The translations under genes and the position numbers were made by a program. A stretch of DNA of 63,785 nt, the filler included, from Chiloscyllium plagiosum (taxonomy: Eukaryota): the NCBI RefSeq assembly GCF_004010195.1. It is 4 parts of one record of this genome, joined end to end, with 100 filler letters (N's around TTAATTAATTAA, not from the genome) between each part and the next. Parts side by side here need not be neighbours in the genome. Positions count along the whole stretch, not along the records: positions 1 to 29,973 come from NC_057715.1; 3 more parts are not named here. One strand, 5' to 3'. Below are positions 1 through 12,300 of the stretch, piece after piece. The notes under the pieces are model-generated. The model did not search any database and was not told the origin of the DNA. It worked only from the letters and a program-made list of their open reading frames with translations. The stretch's first letter is position 1; the number at the start of each line of letters is the position of its first letter.

Positions 1-250
1 GCCTGTTCTATGGTCCGGGTCCATTCACGATTAGTGGTTTTTGAAATTAACGACTTTTGGCGTGCAATTTCATGTCTGTATCTGTGAAGTCGGTTGTGCG
101 CGTCTGTGATCATTACCTGGATCATCTTGAATCTGTTCTGCTGGGCTGTTTCCCTGGCTTGTGGGTTGTTGACTGGTGGTCTGTATCTGACACATTGTGG
201 AAGGATTCGATTCTTTCGGCATTCATGCTGGAACCGGCATTTCTATACTA
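1..250 (-). mobile_element. Penelope-like element ORF N-terminal fragment
   Basis: Minus-strand translation FQHECRKNRILPQCVRYRPPVNNPQARETAQQNRFKMIQVMITDAHNRL resembles the F..C....IP N-terminal region of PLE ORFs; runs off the window start. Confidence 0.5.
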
Positions 251-784
251 ACTCTTTTACCTAACCAGACAACATCTATGCAAATTCCATTAATAAGGCT
301 GGAACTCAATCACTTTCACAGCTCAATAAGCTTGTCTGAATGCTTTACCATTTGTCTCTGCCCTTGGATGAATTCATTTGAGCTGTCCTCCATCATTATT
401 AATTAGGTTCGCTTCTTTAGGTTGTGAAAGTGCCATTGTTTATTTTCTGGAAGTCAAGTTGGTACCCTTTAGAGGTTACCTATTTTCCTTATTTGTTGTT
501 CAATCCCTGTCACTGATGGGATGGGGACTTCCCTCCACTATGAATAGCCCTTTGTTTAAAGGAATTCAGCCAGGGTATTTACAGAGGAAGCTGATGGGAG
601 TAACATTTGTGCCCAGATGGGAAATGTCAAAGATAATGGACTAAATGTGCTCTTGAAACAAATAGGCACCTCCTTCATTCCTGCTACTTCTCAGCAGTTG
701 TGCTACAAAATCTGCCAGCCTGCTAGTTGCATTAAGGTACCTCTGCATGATATTTGCAAGAGTTGGCTCATTAAAAGTTCAATT

Positions 785-1303
785 GGCCATTTTTGACTCA
801 ATGGCCCTTACCAATTTCTGTAGATGCACCATTGAAAGTATCCAATTTGGATGCATCACAGCCTGGTATGGCATCTGCACTGCCCAAGACCACAAGAAAT
901 TACAGACAGATGTTAATACAGCCCAGTCCATCAGGAAAGGCAATCTTCCTCCATCTATACTTCCCACTGCATCAAAAAAGAGGCCAACATAATCTCCTAC
1001 CTTGTTATACTCTCTTCCACTCCCATCCATCAGCCAGAAGATATAAAAGTTTACAAACATGTATGAATGGACTTAAGAACAGCTTATTCCCCATTGGGAT
1101 TGGACATCTGAAAGACCTCTAATATATTAGAGTTGATCTTTCTCTGTACCTTCTTTGTAGCTGTTACTCAATATCCTGTATTCTGTTCTATTATTCTAAT
1201 GAATTTATATAAGGTCTGATTTTTCTGAGTAGCACGCAAAACAATACTTATCACTCTACCTCGATGCATGAGACCATCATAAATCAAATTAAATCAAATC
1301 TAA
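785..1303 (+). mobile_element. Rex1/Babar LINE 3' fragment
   Basis: LTNFCRCTIESIQFGCITAWYGICTAQDHKKLQ matches the Rex1-type ORF2 C-terminus; 3'UTR ends in an (aaatc)n tail at ~1281-1303. Confidence 0.85.
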
Positions 1304-1682
1304 TCTTGGTCCCATCTACAAGCTCATACAGCACACCCTTGTCAATGGAGGGATGTTCAATTCTATGCTTAAGCTAACAAAGCCTTCTTTGCTTGATGAA
1401 TGCTTCTCCTATCAACATTACGGCTTCTCTAATCAGGAAATGTCCACACTTCTGTCTAAGTTTTCATTCTTGTTCGGTTGAGATGTTTCCTACCTGATAA
1501 TACATGGAAGAACACTCCTTCGAGGAAAAGCATAGCTAAAGAGATTGAAAAAATGCAGAACTGAGCAGGGGGCTAGGAAGCAGCCTTTATCCCTCCATTC
1601 TTTATCTCAGAATTAAAACCATCAAACTGAACAGTGCCACATATAACATCATGGAAGGACAGCATCAGTTCACTGAGGTAAG

Positions 1683-2393
1683 TGTTATGAAGATGTGGGT
1701 GTACTGTCCCTTTAAGAGAGTTAAAAGCTAGCAGTGACAGCACCGTGTTCTCAATAAGATACAATGTAAACAGGTGGTCCTGCTACTGGTGTAGTTAGGG
1801 TAGTTGGTTGCATGGAGACAGAAAAATATTCAAATTCGGCTAATCAGTTTAAATTATACCCCCCGAAGAAACACCAAACTCCAATCCAGTTTGGATTGAG
1901 TATATTGACAATCTTAAAAGCCAATGACACAATCTGATACTTTGGGAGTATAAGACCGGGGGAAATTGAATGGTTAGGAGGAGAACTGCCAAACTAGCAT
2001 CCAGAGACTGCCTGAAAAATAGCTCTCTTAAAGGTACTTTTATTGATCAGTAATCGGTGAAGCAGAATCCCCAAGATGAAGGAAAGAAGACAGGAGTATA
2101 GAGAAGGACCGAATGCTGCCTGATTTTGAGATAGGAAATTTTGTTTTGTAAATTATAATTGGGATTTCTATTGGACTAGCACTGTAGAGGGGAAAGTAAA
2201 AAATAGGTGAGAGGAAGGAGTTGTAAATAGTAGTTAGTTAATTATTCTCTGTTGTACTTTAAGAAATAAAGTTGTTAATTTTCACTTTAAATAGCTCTTG
2301 ACCTATCAGATTTTCACAGATTACTGCATGGGATAAATCTTTTCTGTGTTGCTGGTTTAAATTAAGCTGGACAGTTTACCCCATGTCATAACA
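1683..2393 (+). mobile_element. Solo LTR of the Gmr1-like Gypsy family at 23082-28030
   Basis: TGTTATGA...CATAACA termini; exact 5-bp TSD GTAAG (1678-1682, 2394-2398); reverse complement of 27320-28030; CCAAT ~1921, TATAA ~1949, AATAAA 2265-2270. Confidence 0.92.
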
Positions 2394-2639
2394 GTAAGGA
2401 ACAGCATAAGGAAAATAGTTGGAAAAAGCTTATCACCTATACCTAACTTTATTTTGGAAAAATTTACCCAGATTTCCCTTCAATAAAAGGATATCCCTAC
2501 GCAAAATGGCCTCTTTCTCTTGAGGTTCCCATGGAAGGATTACATATATGCTACAAATGAAAAGGACAATAATTTGAGTACTTTTGAAATGTATTTTTAT
2601 TCCTATTCTGGACTTTGAGTAAGTTGAGTATTTTTTAAA

Positions 2640-2805
2640 ACTTTGTATTCCTATGCCAATTTTTTTTTACTTGTTCAATTCTGTAACAAACACTGTATCT
2701 GTATCTGGGTAACTTGTACATAACATGGTACCAAAGCGGTGATATGACAAACTTTTCACCGCATTCATTCCTGTGCACATGACAATAAAGGCTATTCTAT
2801 TCTAT
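2640..2805 (+). mobile_element. Non-coding retroposon fragment with Rex1-like 3' tail
   Basis: Ends aaacttttcac...catgacaataaaggct(attct)n; similar to minus-strand copies at 16545, 37059, 48826 and 50371. Confidence 0.55.
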
Positions 2806-2911
2806 GTGATAAATACAAAAAGGATTGGATGCCTATCAAAAACAGGCCTCAATTTCTGTTCCCCTCTCACATTACTAGAACATAATTATGTTGAGCCAGA
2901 CAAAGAAATGA

Positions 2912-3775
2912 AGACGTCGAGAGTGTAGTGCTGGAAAGGCACAGCAGATCAGGCAGCATCCAAGGGGCAGGAGAATTGACGTTTCAGGCATGAGCCCTTC
3001 ATCAGGAATGAGGCTTGTGGGTCGGGGGCTGAGAGATAAATGGGAGGGGGGTAGGCTTGGGGGGAAGGGAGCTGACAATGCGATAGGTAGATGAAGTTGA
3101 GGGGGAAGATGATAGGCCGGAGAGAAGGGTGGAGGAGATAGATGGAAGGGTGATGGACAGGTCAGGAGGAGGGTAAATGAGGAAACTGGTGAAATCAACA
3201 TTGATCCCCTGTGATTGCAGGGCCCCAAGATGGAATATGAGGTGTTCTTCCTCCAGGCATCGGATGGTTTAGCAATGGAGGAGGCCCAGGACCTGCATGT
3301 CCTTGGCAGAGTGGGAGGGGGAGTTGAAGTGTTCAGCCATGGGGTGATGGGGTTGTTTGGTGCAGGTGTCTCAGATATGTTCTCTAAAACGATCCGCAAG
3401 TAGGCGTCTTGTCTCCCCACTGTAGAGGAGATCACATCGGGAGTAATGGATACAGTAGACGACATGGGTGGAGGTACAGGTAAATTTCTGTCCGATGTGG
3501 AAGGATCCTTTGGGGCCTTGGACGAAGATGAGGGGAATGGTGTGGGCGCAGATTTTGCACTTCCTGTGGTGGCAGGGAAAGGTGCCAGGAGTGGGGTGTA
3601 GGCTGGTGTGGGGGTGCATGGATCTGACAAGTCAGTTGCAGAGGGAATGGTCTCCCCGGAACGCCGATAGGGATGGGAAGGGAAAAATATCTCTGGTGGT
3701 GGGGTCCGTTTGTAGGTGGCGGAAGTGGCGGAGGATGATGTGACATATGCGGAGGTTGGTGTTGTGGGAGGTGTG
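2912..3775 (-). mobile_element. Penelope-like element 3' part (GIY-YIG endonuclease plus pLTR with hammerhead motif)
   Basis: FTCTSTHVVYCIHYSRCDLLYSGETRRLLADRFREH is a PLE GIY-YIG motif, frameshifted; CTGATGA-AGGGC-TCAT-GCCT-GAAACGTC on the minus strand at 2974-3009. Confidence 0.9.
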
Positions 3776-4586
3776 AAAAAATGAAGAATTTTGGTTTTGC
3801 AGTTATTGATACAATTAATTGCGCAAAGTTGTAATTATAATGCCAAAAACAGTTTTATCAGAAAGAGGACATACACCAGAATCCAACAGTATTCCAGACA
3901 GTTTGATGACATGATTACAGCTTCTCTTTTCAGTAGATTGTAAGAAAAATCAGTTCTTTTGTAATAGTGTAACAGATTGCTCTCTATGCATCAAATGAAA
4001 ATGTAATAAATTGATTAATTTGCTTCTCTAATCAAAAGCCAGTGAAAGAGCACCTTGTAATGCAGAGGGGCAAATTTCTTGACATATTCACATATTGTGT
4101 TTAATTTTAATGCTTTACAAAAGTTGATTAATGGCACACTCAGTAGTTTACACTTCTCGCGGTGCTAATGGATTTGAGCAGCCAGCTTTTGTTCAACCTT
4201 TATTAATACTGACAGCTCAACTGCATTAGGGAAAAAAACCCCAAAATATATTGAAGATTCAGCACTGGTTCAGTTATCTTTTGGTTTGTTTCCTTGTTTA
4301 CTATGTAGTCATATTCAACAATATTTAGATTATTTCTCTCACCTTAATTACCAATTTTCCTTTATTGTGGATTTGATGTTATACCTACTCCAATCTTCCA
4401 TTCTGCGATTTATTATTGAGTCTCCTGTCAGCAGTACAAGTAGTTTATACCTGACTCATGCACCGTTGCATTCTGTTCCTGCAAATGGTATGGGAAAATA
4501 TTTTGTTCAATATGCATTACCGACTTTTTACTTTTGTGATTTTTTTTAGTCTTACATAGAAGTAGGTCTGATCTGTAATTTAAAAA

Positions 4587-6063
4587 TAGAGTCATAGAGT
4601 CATAGAGATGTACAGCATGGAAACAGACTCTTCAGTCCAACCCGTCCACGCTGACAGGATATCCCAACCCAATCTAGTCCCACCTGCCAGCACCTGGCCC
4701 ATATCCCTCCAAACCCTTCCTATTCATATACCCATCCAAATGCCTCTTAAATGTTGCAATTATACCAGCCTCCACCACATCCTCTGGCAGCTCATTCCAT
4801 ACACATACCACCCTCTGTNNNNNNNNNNNNNNNNNNNNNNNNNNNNNNNNNNNNNNNNNNNNNNNNNNNNNNNNNNNNNNNNNNNNNNNNNNNNNNNNNN
4901 NNNNNNNNNNNNNNNNNNNNNNNNNNNNNNNNNNNNNNNNNNNNNNNNNNNNNNNNNNNNNNNNNNNNNNNNNNNNNNNNNNNNNNNNNNNNNNNNNNNN
5001 NNNNNNNNNNNNNNNNNNNNNNNNNNNNNNNNNNNNNNNNNNNNNNNNNNNNNNNNNNNNNNNNNNNNNNNNNNNNNNNNNNNNNNNNNNNNNNNNNNNN
5101 NNNNNNNNNNNNNNNNNNNNNNNNNNNNNNNNNNNNNNNNNNNNNNNNNNNNNNNNNNNNNNNNNNNNNNNNNNNNNNNNNNNNNNNNNATTTGCTTTCC
5201 CAAAATGCAGCACCTCGCATTTGTCTGAGTTAAACTCCATCTGCTACTTCTCGGCCCGTTGGCCTATCTTGTCAAGATCCTGTTGTAATCTGAGGTAACC
5301 TTCTTCACTGTCCACTGCACCTCCTCCAATTTTGGTGTAATCTGCAAACTTACTAACTGTACTTCTTATGCTCGCTTCCAAATCATTTATGTAAATGGCA
5401 AAACGTAGAGGGCCCAGCACTGATCCTTGTTGCACTCCATTGGTCACAGGCCTCCAGTCTGAAAAACAACCCTCCACCACCACCCTCTGTCTTCTACCTT
5501 TGAGCCAGTTCTGTATCCAAATGGCTAGTTTTCCCTGTATTCCATGAGATCTAACCTTGCTAACTAGGCTTCCATAGGGAACCTTGTCGAACGCCTTACT
5601 GAAGTCCATATAGATCACATCTACCGCTCTGTCCTCATCAACCCTCTTCGTTACTTCTTCAAAAAACTCTATCAAGTTTGTGAGACATGATTTCCCACGC
5701 ACAAAGCCATGTTGACTATCCCTAATCAGTTCTTACCTTTCCAAATACATGTACATCCTGTCCCTCAGGATTCCCTCCAACAACTTGCACACCACCGACG
5801 TCAGGCTTAATGGTCTATAGTTCCCTGGCTTGTCCTTACCACCCTTCTTAAAGAGTGGCACCACGTTAGCCAACCTCCAGTCTTCCGGCACCTCACCTGT
5901 GACTATCGATGATACAAATATCTCAGCAAATGGCCCAGCAATCACTTCTCTAGCTTCCCACATAGTTCTAGCGGACACCTGATCAGGTCATGGGGAGTTA
6001 TCCTCCTTTATGCATTTCAAGACATCCAGCACTTCCTCCTCTATAATATGGACATTTTGCAAG
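4587..6063 (-). mobile_element. CR1/HER1 LINE, 5'-truncated RT region (spans a gap)
   Basis: RT motifs GKSCLTNLIEFFEEV, YMDFSKAFDKV, QQGSVLGP, SKFAD; (ctatga)-type 3' tail at 4587-4606. Confidence 0.95.
4819..5189. other. Assembly gap (371 N)
   Basis: Run of N. Confidence 1.
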
Positions 6064-6109
6064 AATGAAAGCTATGACAAAAGATGTTTTTTTTCCTGGG
6101 GCAAGAAGA

Positions 6110-6305
6110 CCAGCAAGTAAAGAGTAAAGTGTTAATATTTGGGATCGAGTGACCCTTCTTCAGAATTGAGCTGAGGAAGGGTTACTGGAGCTGAAATGGT
6201 AACTCTGATTTCTCTCCACAGATGCTGCCAGACCTGCTAAGCTTTTCCATCAATTTCTGTTTTTGTTTCTGATTTACAGCATCTGCAGTTCTTTCGGTTT
6301 TCATT
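6110..6305 (+). mobile_element. Short PLE-derived element with degenerate hammerhead and short inverted arm
   Basis: ctgaggaagggttactggagctgaaatggttaac-like core at ~6171-6203, preceded by inverted gtgacccttcttcag; tail cagatgctgccagacctgct...cagcatctgcagtt. Confidence 0.6.
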
Positions 6306-7144
6306 TAGGAAATTACGTGCACCCAGCAGATTTCAGAAATGTTCATTTTAATGGCACTAAAAATGTTTTTAATTAATAGCTCCAATTTCATTCGAATAAA
6401 GTTAACAGTTATAATAATATATTATTTTCATCTTCTATGTTTTCAAGAATATATTAGATTGAACAAATACATTTCTATTGTAATTCATTATATTTGCTGT
6501 AGAGGACAACTTTTAAAACAATTTCAAACTTCCAGTTGACAGCTGTAAGAATTACATGTCAAGACTTTAAATGCCTTCTAGCTACCTTTTAATCCCTCTC
6601 TCCCTCAACCTTGCATTTCCATTAACCAACTTTGCTCGTAAATTACCCAATTGGAAACACAGTTGATTTATTGGCAATGGTTGTTAAATGAAAAAAAAAC
6701 ATGATTTGGTGATGGGATAAAGAAGGTTCAGTTGTACATAAGAGTACTTCTGGATGTAGAAGTAAAAAACAAATTAGGCAAATATTCTAGCTTCTTCTAA
6801 AGCTTCAAGTGCTCTCTTCAATCTGAGACTGACTTTCACTCTCATGCTGCATCTAATCATTCCAGTTAGTATTTTCTCTGCTTAACATGCAGACCTTACT
6901 GCTTCTATTTCTTCTCCTTGACCCTTCATGTGGCTGCCAACCATACAAAACAAAACTGCAAACATGTTTTCATCTGTGGTATTCATGGGTCTCATGAGAG
7001 GTCTGTAATCTAATCTCAAAGACAGCTCCTTCAACCTTTCTGTCTGTAGAAATTGGAAACACATTAGGTTTGAATCTAGTTATCGTTGACCCTAGCCCCA
7101 TTTGATCATATAAGTAATCTGATGGTTTACAACACCACTGTAAT

Positions 7145-7630
7145 GATGAGGATGAATTTCTTCAGCCAGAGGGTAGTGAATCTGTGGAGTTCATTGCCAT
7201 AGGAGGGCTTGGAGGCCAAGTCACACAGTCATAGAGTCACACAGCTCAGAAAAAGATCCTTTAGTCCAACTCATCTGCACCGACCAGATATCCCAATCTG
7301 ATCTCGTCCCATTTGGCCTATATCGCTCTAAACCCTTATTATTTATATACCCATCCAAATGCCTTTTACCAGCCTCCACCACTTCCTCTGGTAGCTCATT
7401 CCATACATGCGCCACCCTCAAATCTATACCCTCTCATTCTGGACTTCCTTATCTGAGGAAAAAGGCCTTAGTTATTTACCCTATCCATGCCCCTTATGAT
7501 TTCATAAATTTCAATAAGGAGATGGCAGGAGAAAGATGTTGAGAACCATATCAACCATGATGGAATGGCTGAGCAGACTCCAGGGGTTGAATGGTCCAAT
7601 TCTGTGCCAATATCTTTTGGTCTTATGGTC
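7145..7630. mobile_element. Nested CR1 3' fragments (minus-strand copy 7221-7519 inside a plus-strand copy)
   Basis: RVAHVWNELPEEVVEAG and LIEIYEIIRGMDRVN on minus; flanking plus-strand CR1 3'UTR ending tcttatgg. Confidence 0.8.
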
Positions 7631-7679
7631 AATACTCTTTTAAAGATGGTGCCGGCACCCCACTTTTTGCCCAATAGAC

Positions 7680-7940
7680 TGTTCTATCCCAGTCTGGATT
7701 AGAATAATTTAAGTTCCTCACTACAACTATTCTGTCGTTCCTTAACCTCTTTGCAAATTTAATCCTCTGTATACTTTGCAAATATTAGTGCACATGGAAG
7801 GTTCCTCATAATGCACTGGTACCTCAATTCAATTCTCAATCTAACTAAGTAAATTCTACCCTTGGCTCCACTAGGACCTCCCTCTTCTCTATCACTGGAA
7901 TGTCGTCTTTAATCCGTACTGCCACTCTTCCCTGAAAACC
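7680..7940 (-). mobile_element. Old CR1 endonuclease fragment
   Basis: RVAVRIKDDIPVIE resembles the CR1 APE motif GVALLIKDDI. Confidence 0.5.
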
Positions 7941-8289
7941 TTGTGTTCTGATTAGGTGCTTCATAAAAACTTGCTAATGCCACATGAGGATTTGTAAAAT
8001 AGATACATGTTCAGTTTGTTTCAAGATATATTACAAGAATGTTCAGTAGACAGATTCATGATAAATGTTCAGAAATCAGTGTTACAGGAATGTAGTTAGA
8101 ACTCTGCCACACTACAAATTGCAAAGTGAAGTGTGCAATAATAACAAGTCACGTGCTCTAAATCTGAATTAGTTGCTTATTAGCATGTTGTTTTTTCTGA
8201 ACAACATTTCCCTTCCCATTTTTGTCTTAAATTCTTGAAGTGAAAAATATATTGGGGTAGTTTTGAAAATTACTTGCACAAAGTGTTTC

Positions 8290-9860
8290 AGAATTTAGGA
8301 TTTGAAGAAATTAAATAGTTAAAGAGTCTATATAACAAATAGTCGATGTTGTTGGTGATCCTCATGTAGATCATGTTAAATTCCTGATATGCCCGTAACC
8401 CTGTTATTGATGCTCTGCTTGTTTTACAAGGTAGATTACTTGTAGAAACCATGCAAACATGCTGTAACTCAATATCAATGTGGACGGCAAGGAAATGATT
8501 GTCTGTTAATATAAGCATTTAATTTGACTGTTGAAGTTTGTATCGTTGTCTTCAATGATCAATTATAAATCCTCCAGAATTCTGACAGGTAAGATGGTTG
8601 TGCTCACTCCAGTGTTCACTTTGTGAATGCGCTGCTTTTCTTTGGGTATATGAAGTCAATACCAGTAAAAACATTCAACTATTTGATTTCATTCATTCAT
8701 TGTTTCAAATTCATAATGTGGAAAGCCTGTTTGAATTCCAGTTGAAGACATTTCCACCCTGAGTTTGCATCTTGATCTGTCTGGTCACTAACCTTGCATA
8801 CAAATCTGTGCCTATGCCAGTCTCTGGTGCACTTACTCAGCTGACAATATGCTGCGCAGACATTTTATTGGTTGAGAGTTATTGTAGCTTTTGGTTCTAT
8901 TCTCATATTCTCAGGTAGGTGAGTCCAAAGTCCTTTCCTACTGCATTTCTTGTAAAGATCTTGGTGCACAGGACAGTATTTCAGTGAATACAGCAGACTG
9001 CACTTCTCACATAATTGGCTTGCTTTCTATACCCTGGTTACTATATCAATAAATAGTAATAATAACTGCACATTATGCTGCCAGATGTTGCTGGCCAGCT
9101 ACAACATTTCACATTTTATGCAATTTTTCAGCCTTTTCTTTCTCCAAAAGGATTTGTTTGGAATGTTTTGATCGGTGCTGCAGTTTTAACCAGGTCCTCT
9201 ATCCCCTCAATCAACTCAGATTCTGAGAAGTCACAGTCCTTGTCTTTGTCTTGTCACCTGCTGACAAACTGATGAATTGATTCTTGTGACTGTATCCAAA
9301 TGGCAAATTCTCAAGTTCACGTTGACATGAAACTGCTCCTCAGCGTGTTCCTTTGTTTAACAAGGTATTTCTGATTCCTCTCAGGTAGCCTTGCATTGTT
9401 GACTCTGAGCAATTCCTTAATTGCCAACAGCGATCTTTATTTTCAGAGCTTGTTTGCCTAGCTCTGTGACAGATAAATCTGAAAAGCCCATCTCCATCCT
9501 TTGTTTACAAAGTTTAAATCAAATAGGACATTAAATTATCCTGGGGAATTTGGTGGTCATTTTCTTATTGATCCTTGTATTTTATGAACAGTTCTGATGT
9601 GCAGGAAATTTGTAACCTTGAGACTTTATTGCAAGATTTAGTCCATGTTCATTTGCTTTTCAACTTTGTATGCTTTTTATCTTTTTGTACACGAAAGGCA
9701 GTTCCCACAGCCTAATGTAAAGCTCATTTGCTGCTCCTCATATTCACTGTTCAACCAGCAATCTTGCTCGAGGAATGCTATTTCTTGGAATTTCAATATA
9801 TAAACCGCTTCTGCATTGTTTAAAATATCCTTCGGTGGCCTTCAACCTCACATCACTGCC
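8290..9860 (-). mobile_element. Highly decayed Gypsy-like internal remnant
   Basis: Scattered residual motifs only (e.g. NLPFG near 9300); many stops. Confidence 0.35.
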
Positions 9861-9863
9861 TGA

Positions 9864-10350
9864 CTTGAGAAAGGATTTACTGGCACTGGAAGGGGGTGAA
9901 GAGGAGGTTCACTAGGTTGATTCTGGAGTTGAGAGGGTTGGTTCATAAGGAAGGATTGAGTAGACTGGGACCATGCTCATTGGAATTTAGAAGAATGAGG
10001 GGGAATCTTATAGAAATATGTAACATTTTTGGAAAGAATGGATAAGATAGAAGCAGGGAGATTGTTTCCACTGGCGGGAGAAACTAGACTAGAGAGCATA
10101 GCCTCAAAATAGGTGTGTGTGTGTTTGGGGGGGGGGGGGGGGGGTAAGGTGCAGATTTAGGACTGAGTTCAGGAGGAACTTCTTCACCCAAAGGGTTGGG
10201 AATCTGTGGAATTCCCTGCTCAGTGAAGCAGTTGAGGCCACCTCATTAAATGTCTTTAAGACAAAGGGGTAGAAAGATCTGCCATGATCTTACTGAATGG
10301 TGAAGCAGGCTCCATGGCCTATTCCTGCTCCTCTTTCTTATGCTCTTATC
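9864..10350 (+). mobile_element. CR1 LINE 3' fragment
   Basis: RRMRGNLIE, RNFFTQRVGNLWNSL and CR1 3'UTR. Confidence 0.85.
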
Positions 10351-10510
10351 ATGTTGTCTAGGAGAAAACACCACCTGTCACAATGTTGTGGTTCTATGTT
10401 GATTTAACACAAATATACCAATCTCACGCCAGGACACTCAATACATGTTATAACTTCAATGATAAAATGTGAGGTTTTTCTACATTTTATAATTGAGCCT
10501 ATCACAAACA

Positions 10511-10740
10511 GGTGGCATAGTGGCTCAGTGGTTAGCACTGCTGCCTCACAGCACCAAGGACCCAGGTTTGATTCCAGCTTTGGGTGACTGCCTGTGTGGG
10601 GTTTGCACATTCTTCCTGTGTCTGCATGGACTTCCTTCCACAGTTCAAAGATGTGCAGGTCAGGTAAATTAGCTATGCGAAATTGCCCATAGTGTTCAGG
10701 GATGTGTAGGTTAGGTGCATTAGTCGGGGGTAAATATAAG
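10511..10740 (+). mobile_element. HE1-type tRNA SINE (3'-truncated)
   Basis: A box tggctcagtggtt, B box ggtttgattcc, HE1/V-domain body. Confidence 0.9.
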
Positions 10741-10769
10741 AGAATTTCTTTCATTCTTCCTGTGCCGCC

Positions 10770-11030
10770 TTAGTCCTGGAGGACTAGACCCACAGATCCA
10801 CTGACCCCAGACCCACAGCAATGTGGTTGACAGTCCATTGTCCTCTGCGTAATTAGGGATGGATAATAACTACTGCCCTAGCCAGTGACACCCTCATCTC
10901 ATATGTGGATTAAAAAACAAGTCTCACAACAGTTCAAGAAGACAATTCAACACCATCTTCTCAAGGGCATTTAAAGATGAGCAATAAATGCAGCCTTGCC
11001 AGGGATACCTGCATTCAGTGAATAAATAAG
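10770..11030 (+). mobile_element. Old SINE/LINE 3' tail fragments (family of 34405, 51073, 62695)
   Basis: gacccacagcaatgtggttga...aattagggatgg...taa motif shared with those copies. Confidence 0.55.
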
Positions 11031-11526
11031 AAAATTATCGTGTGTTTACTATATAAGTTGTAGCCCAGGAGGGGCAAGAATGTTTTGCCAGGTCCAACTG
11101 CAACTCTGTAAACCCACTCTTTGAAAGAAAAATGAAAGAAAAAGAGCAGGTGAAGGGGAGGAGCTCCTGCAGGACTGTCTTATTCTGCTACCATCTTGCA
11201 TAAATTCTGCCGCCATCTTGCATAAAGCCCAGGCAAGATCACATTCACTGTTCCTTGTCATTTCTAGGCTGCACACCTTCGAAAATAAACTTGGCCTTAG
11301 AGTAATTGCACCACAGAATTATTTTAATAATATGGGGATTGCAAGTTTAAAGTTGTTGGGATAGATCCTACAAGCTGCTGTATATTCTGAAGTTAGAAAC
11401 TTAAAATGTGAAATAGTTGAAGTTTACAAGACATTAAGGAGATTATAAACCATTAAAAAGAAATGGTTATTTCTGCAGAAGGGTGTCTGACTTGAATTGT
11501 TAACTCTATTTTCTCTCCACAGATAG

Positions 11527-12300
11527 AGCTAATGCATTTTGGTATAAGAAACATGGAGAGAGAATAGAGCCTCAATGGCACAACGTTGAGTGGGGGGGGG
11601 GGGGGCGGGTGTACAGGAACAGAGGAACTTGAGGTTCAGATACATTGTTCTCTGAAGATAGCCAGGTGAGTTGAAACTGTTGTTAAGAAGTGGGATCCTC
11701 GGGTTTATAACTAGAGGTATAGAATTTAAAAACAAGGAAGCGATGCTACACCTTTCCAGATCATTGGTCAGCCCACATTTGAAATATTGTGTTCAGTTCT
11801 GGGCAAGATGTTAAAGCCATTGAGAGAGTGCAAAAGAGAATTACAAAATGATACCAGGAATGAGGGATTGCAGATACAAGGAAAGATTTTTAAAAATGGG
11901 CTTATTCTCCTTGGAGCAGAAAAATTACATGATGATCTTATTGAGTTGTTCCAATTTCTGAACAATTTTGATGGGGTAAGGAAGGACATTCTGTGTCCAT
12001 TAGTTATTATGTCAGTAAGTAGAGGTCACAATTTCACGAGTGTCAGCAAGAGAGTTAGGGGTGAGATGAAGGGAAGCTTCTTTAGTTGTAGTTGGAATAC
12101 ACTGCCTGGGAGAATGGTGGAGGCAGATTCCATAGGAAGTTACAAACCAGAGCTGGATATGTATTTGAAAGCGATGAATTTCGAGGGCATATAGAGATAG
12201 GGTTGGAGAATGGGACTAGCTGGGTAGATCTTTGGGAGCTGGTACAGAGACAATGGGTCAAATGGACTCCCATCGTACTCAAAAATTCTATGATTCTATG
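11527..12300 (+). mobile_element. CR1 LINE 3' part inserted into a short PLE-derived element (11470-11526 and 12301-12385)
   Basis: CR1 C-terminus (WNTLPGRMVEADS) and ctatgattctatg tail; splits ctccacagat|gctgccagac. Confidence 0.8.

Noticed and set aside
378..644. 88-aa ORF or possible exon after ttctttag at 420
   Set aside because: No recognisable homology and only weak donor sites
2875..3630. 251-aa Pro/Ser-rich ORF as a host gene
   Set aside because: Alternative frame of a Penelope GIY-YIG/3' region
4608..5240. Long ORFs spanning X runs
   Set aside because: Artefacts of translating an N gap within a CR1
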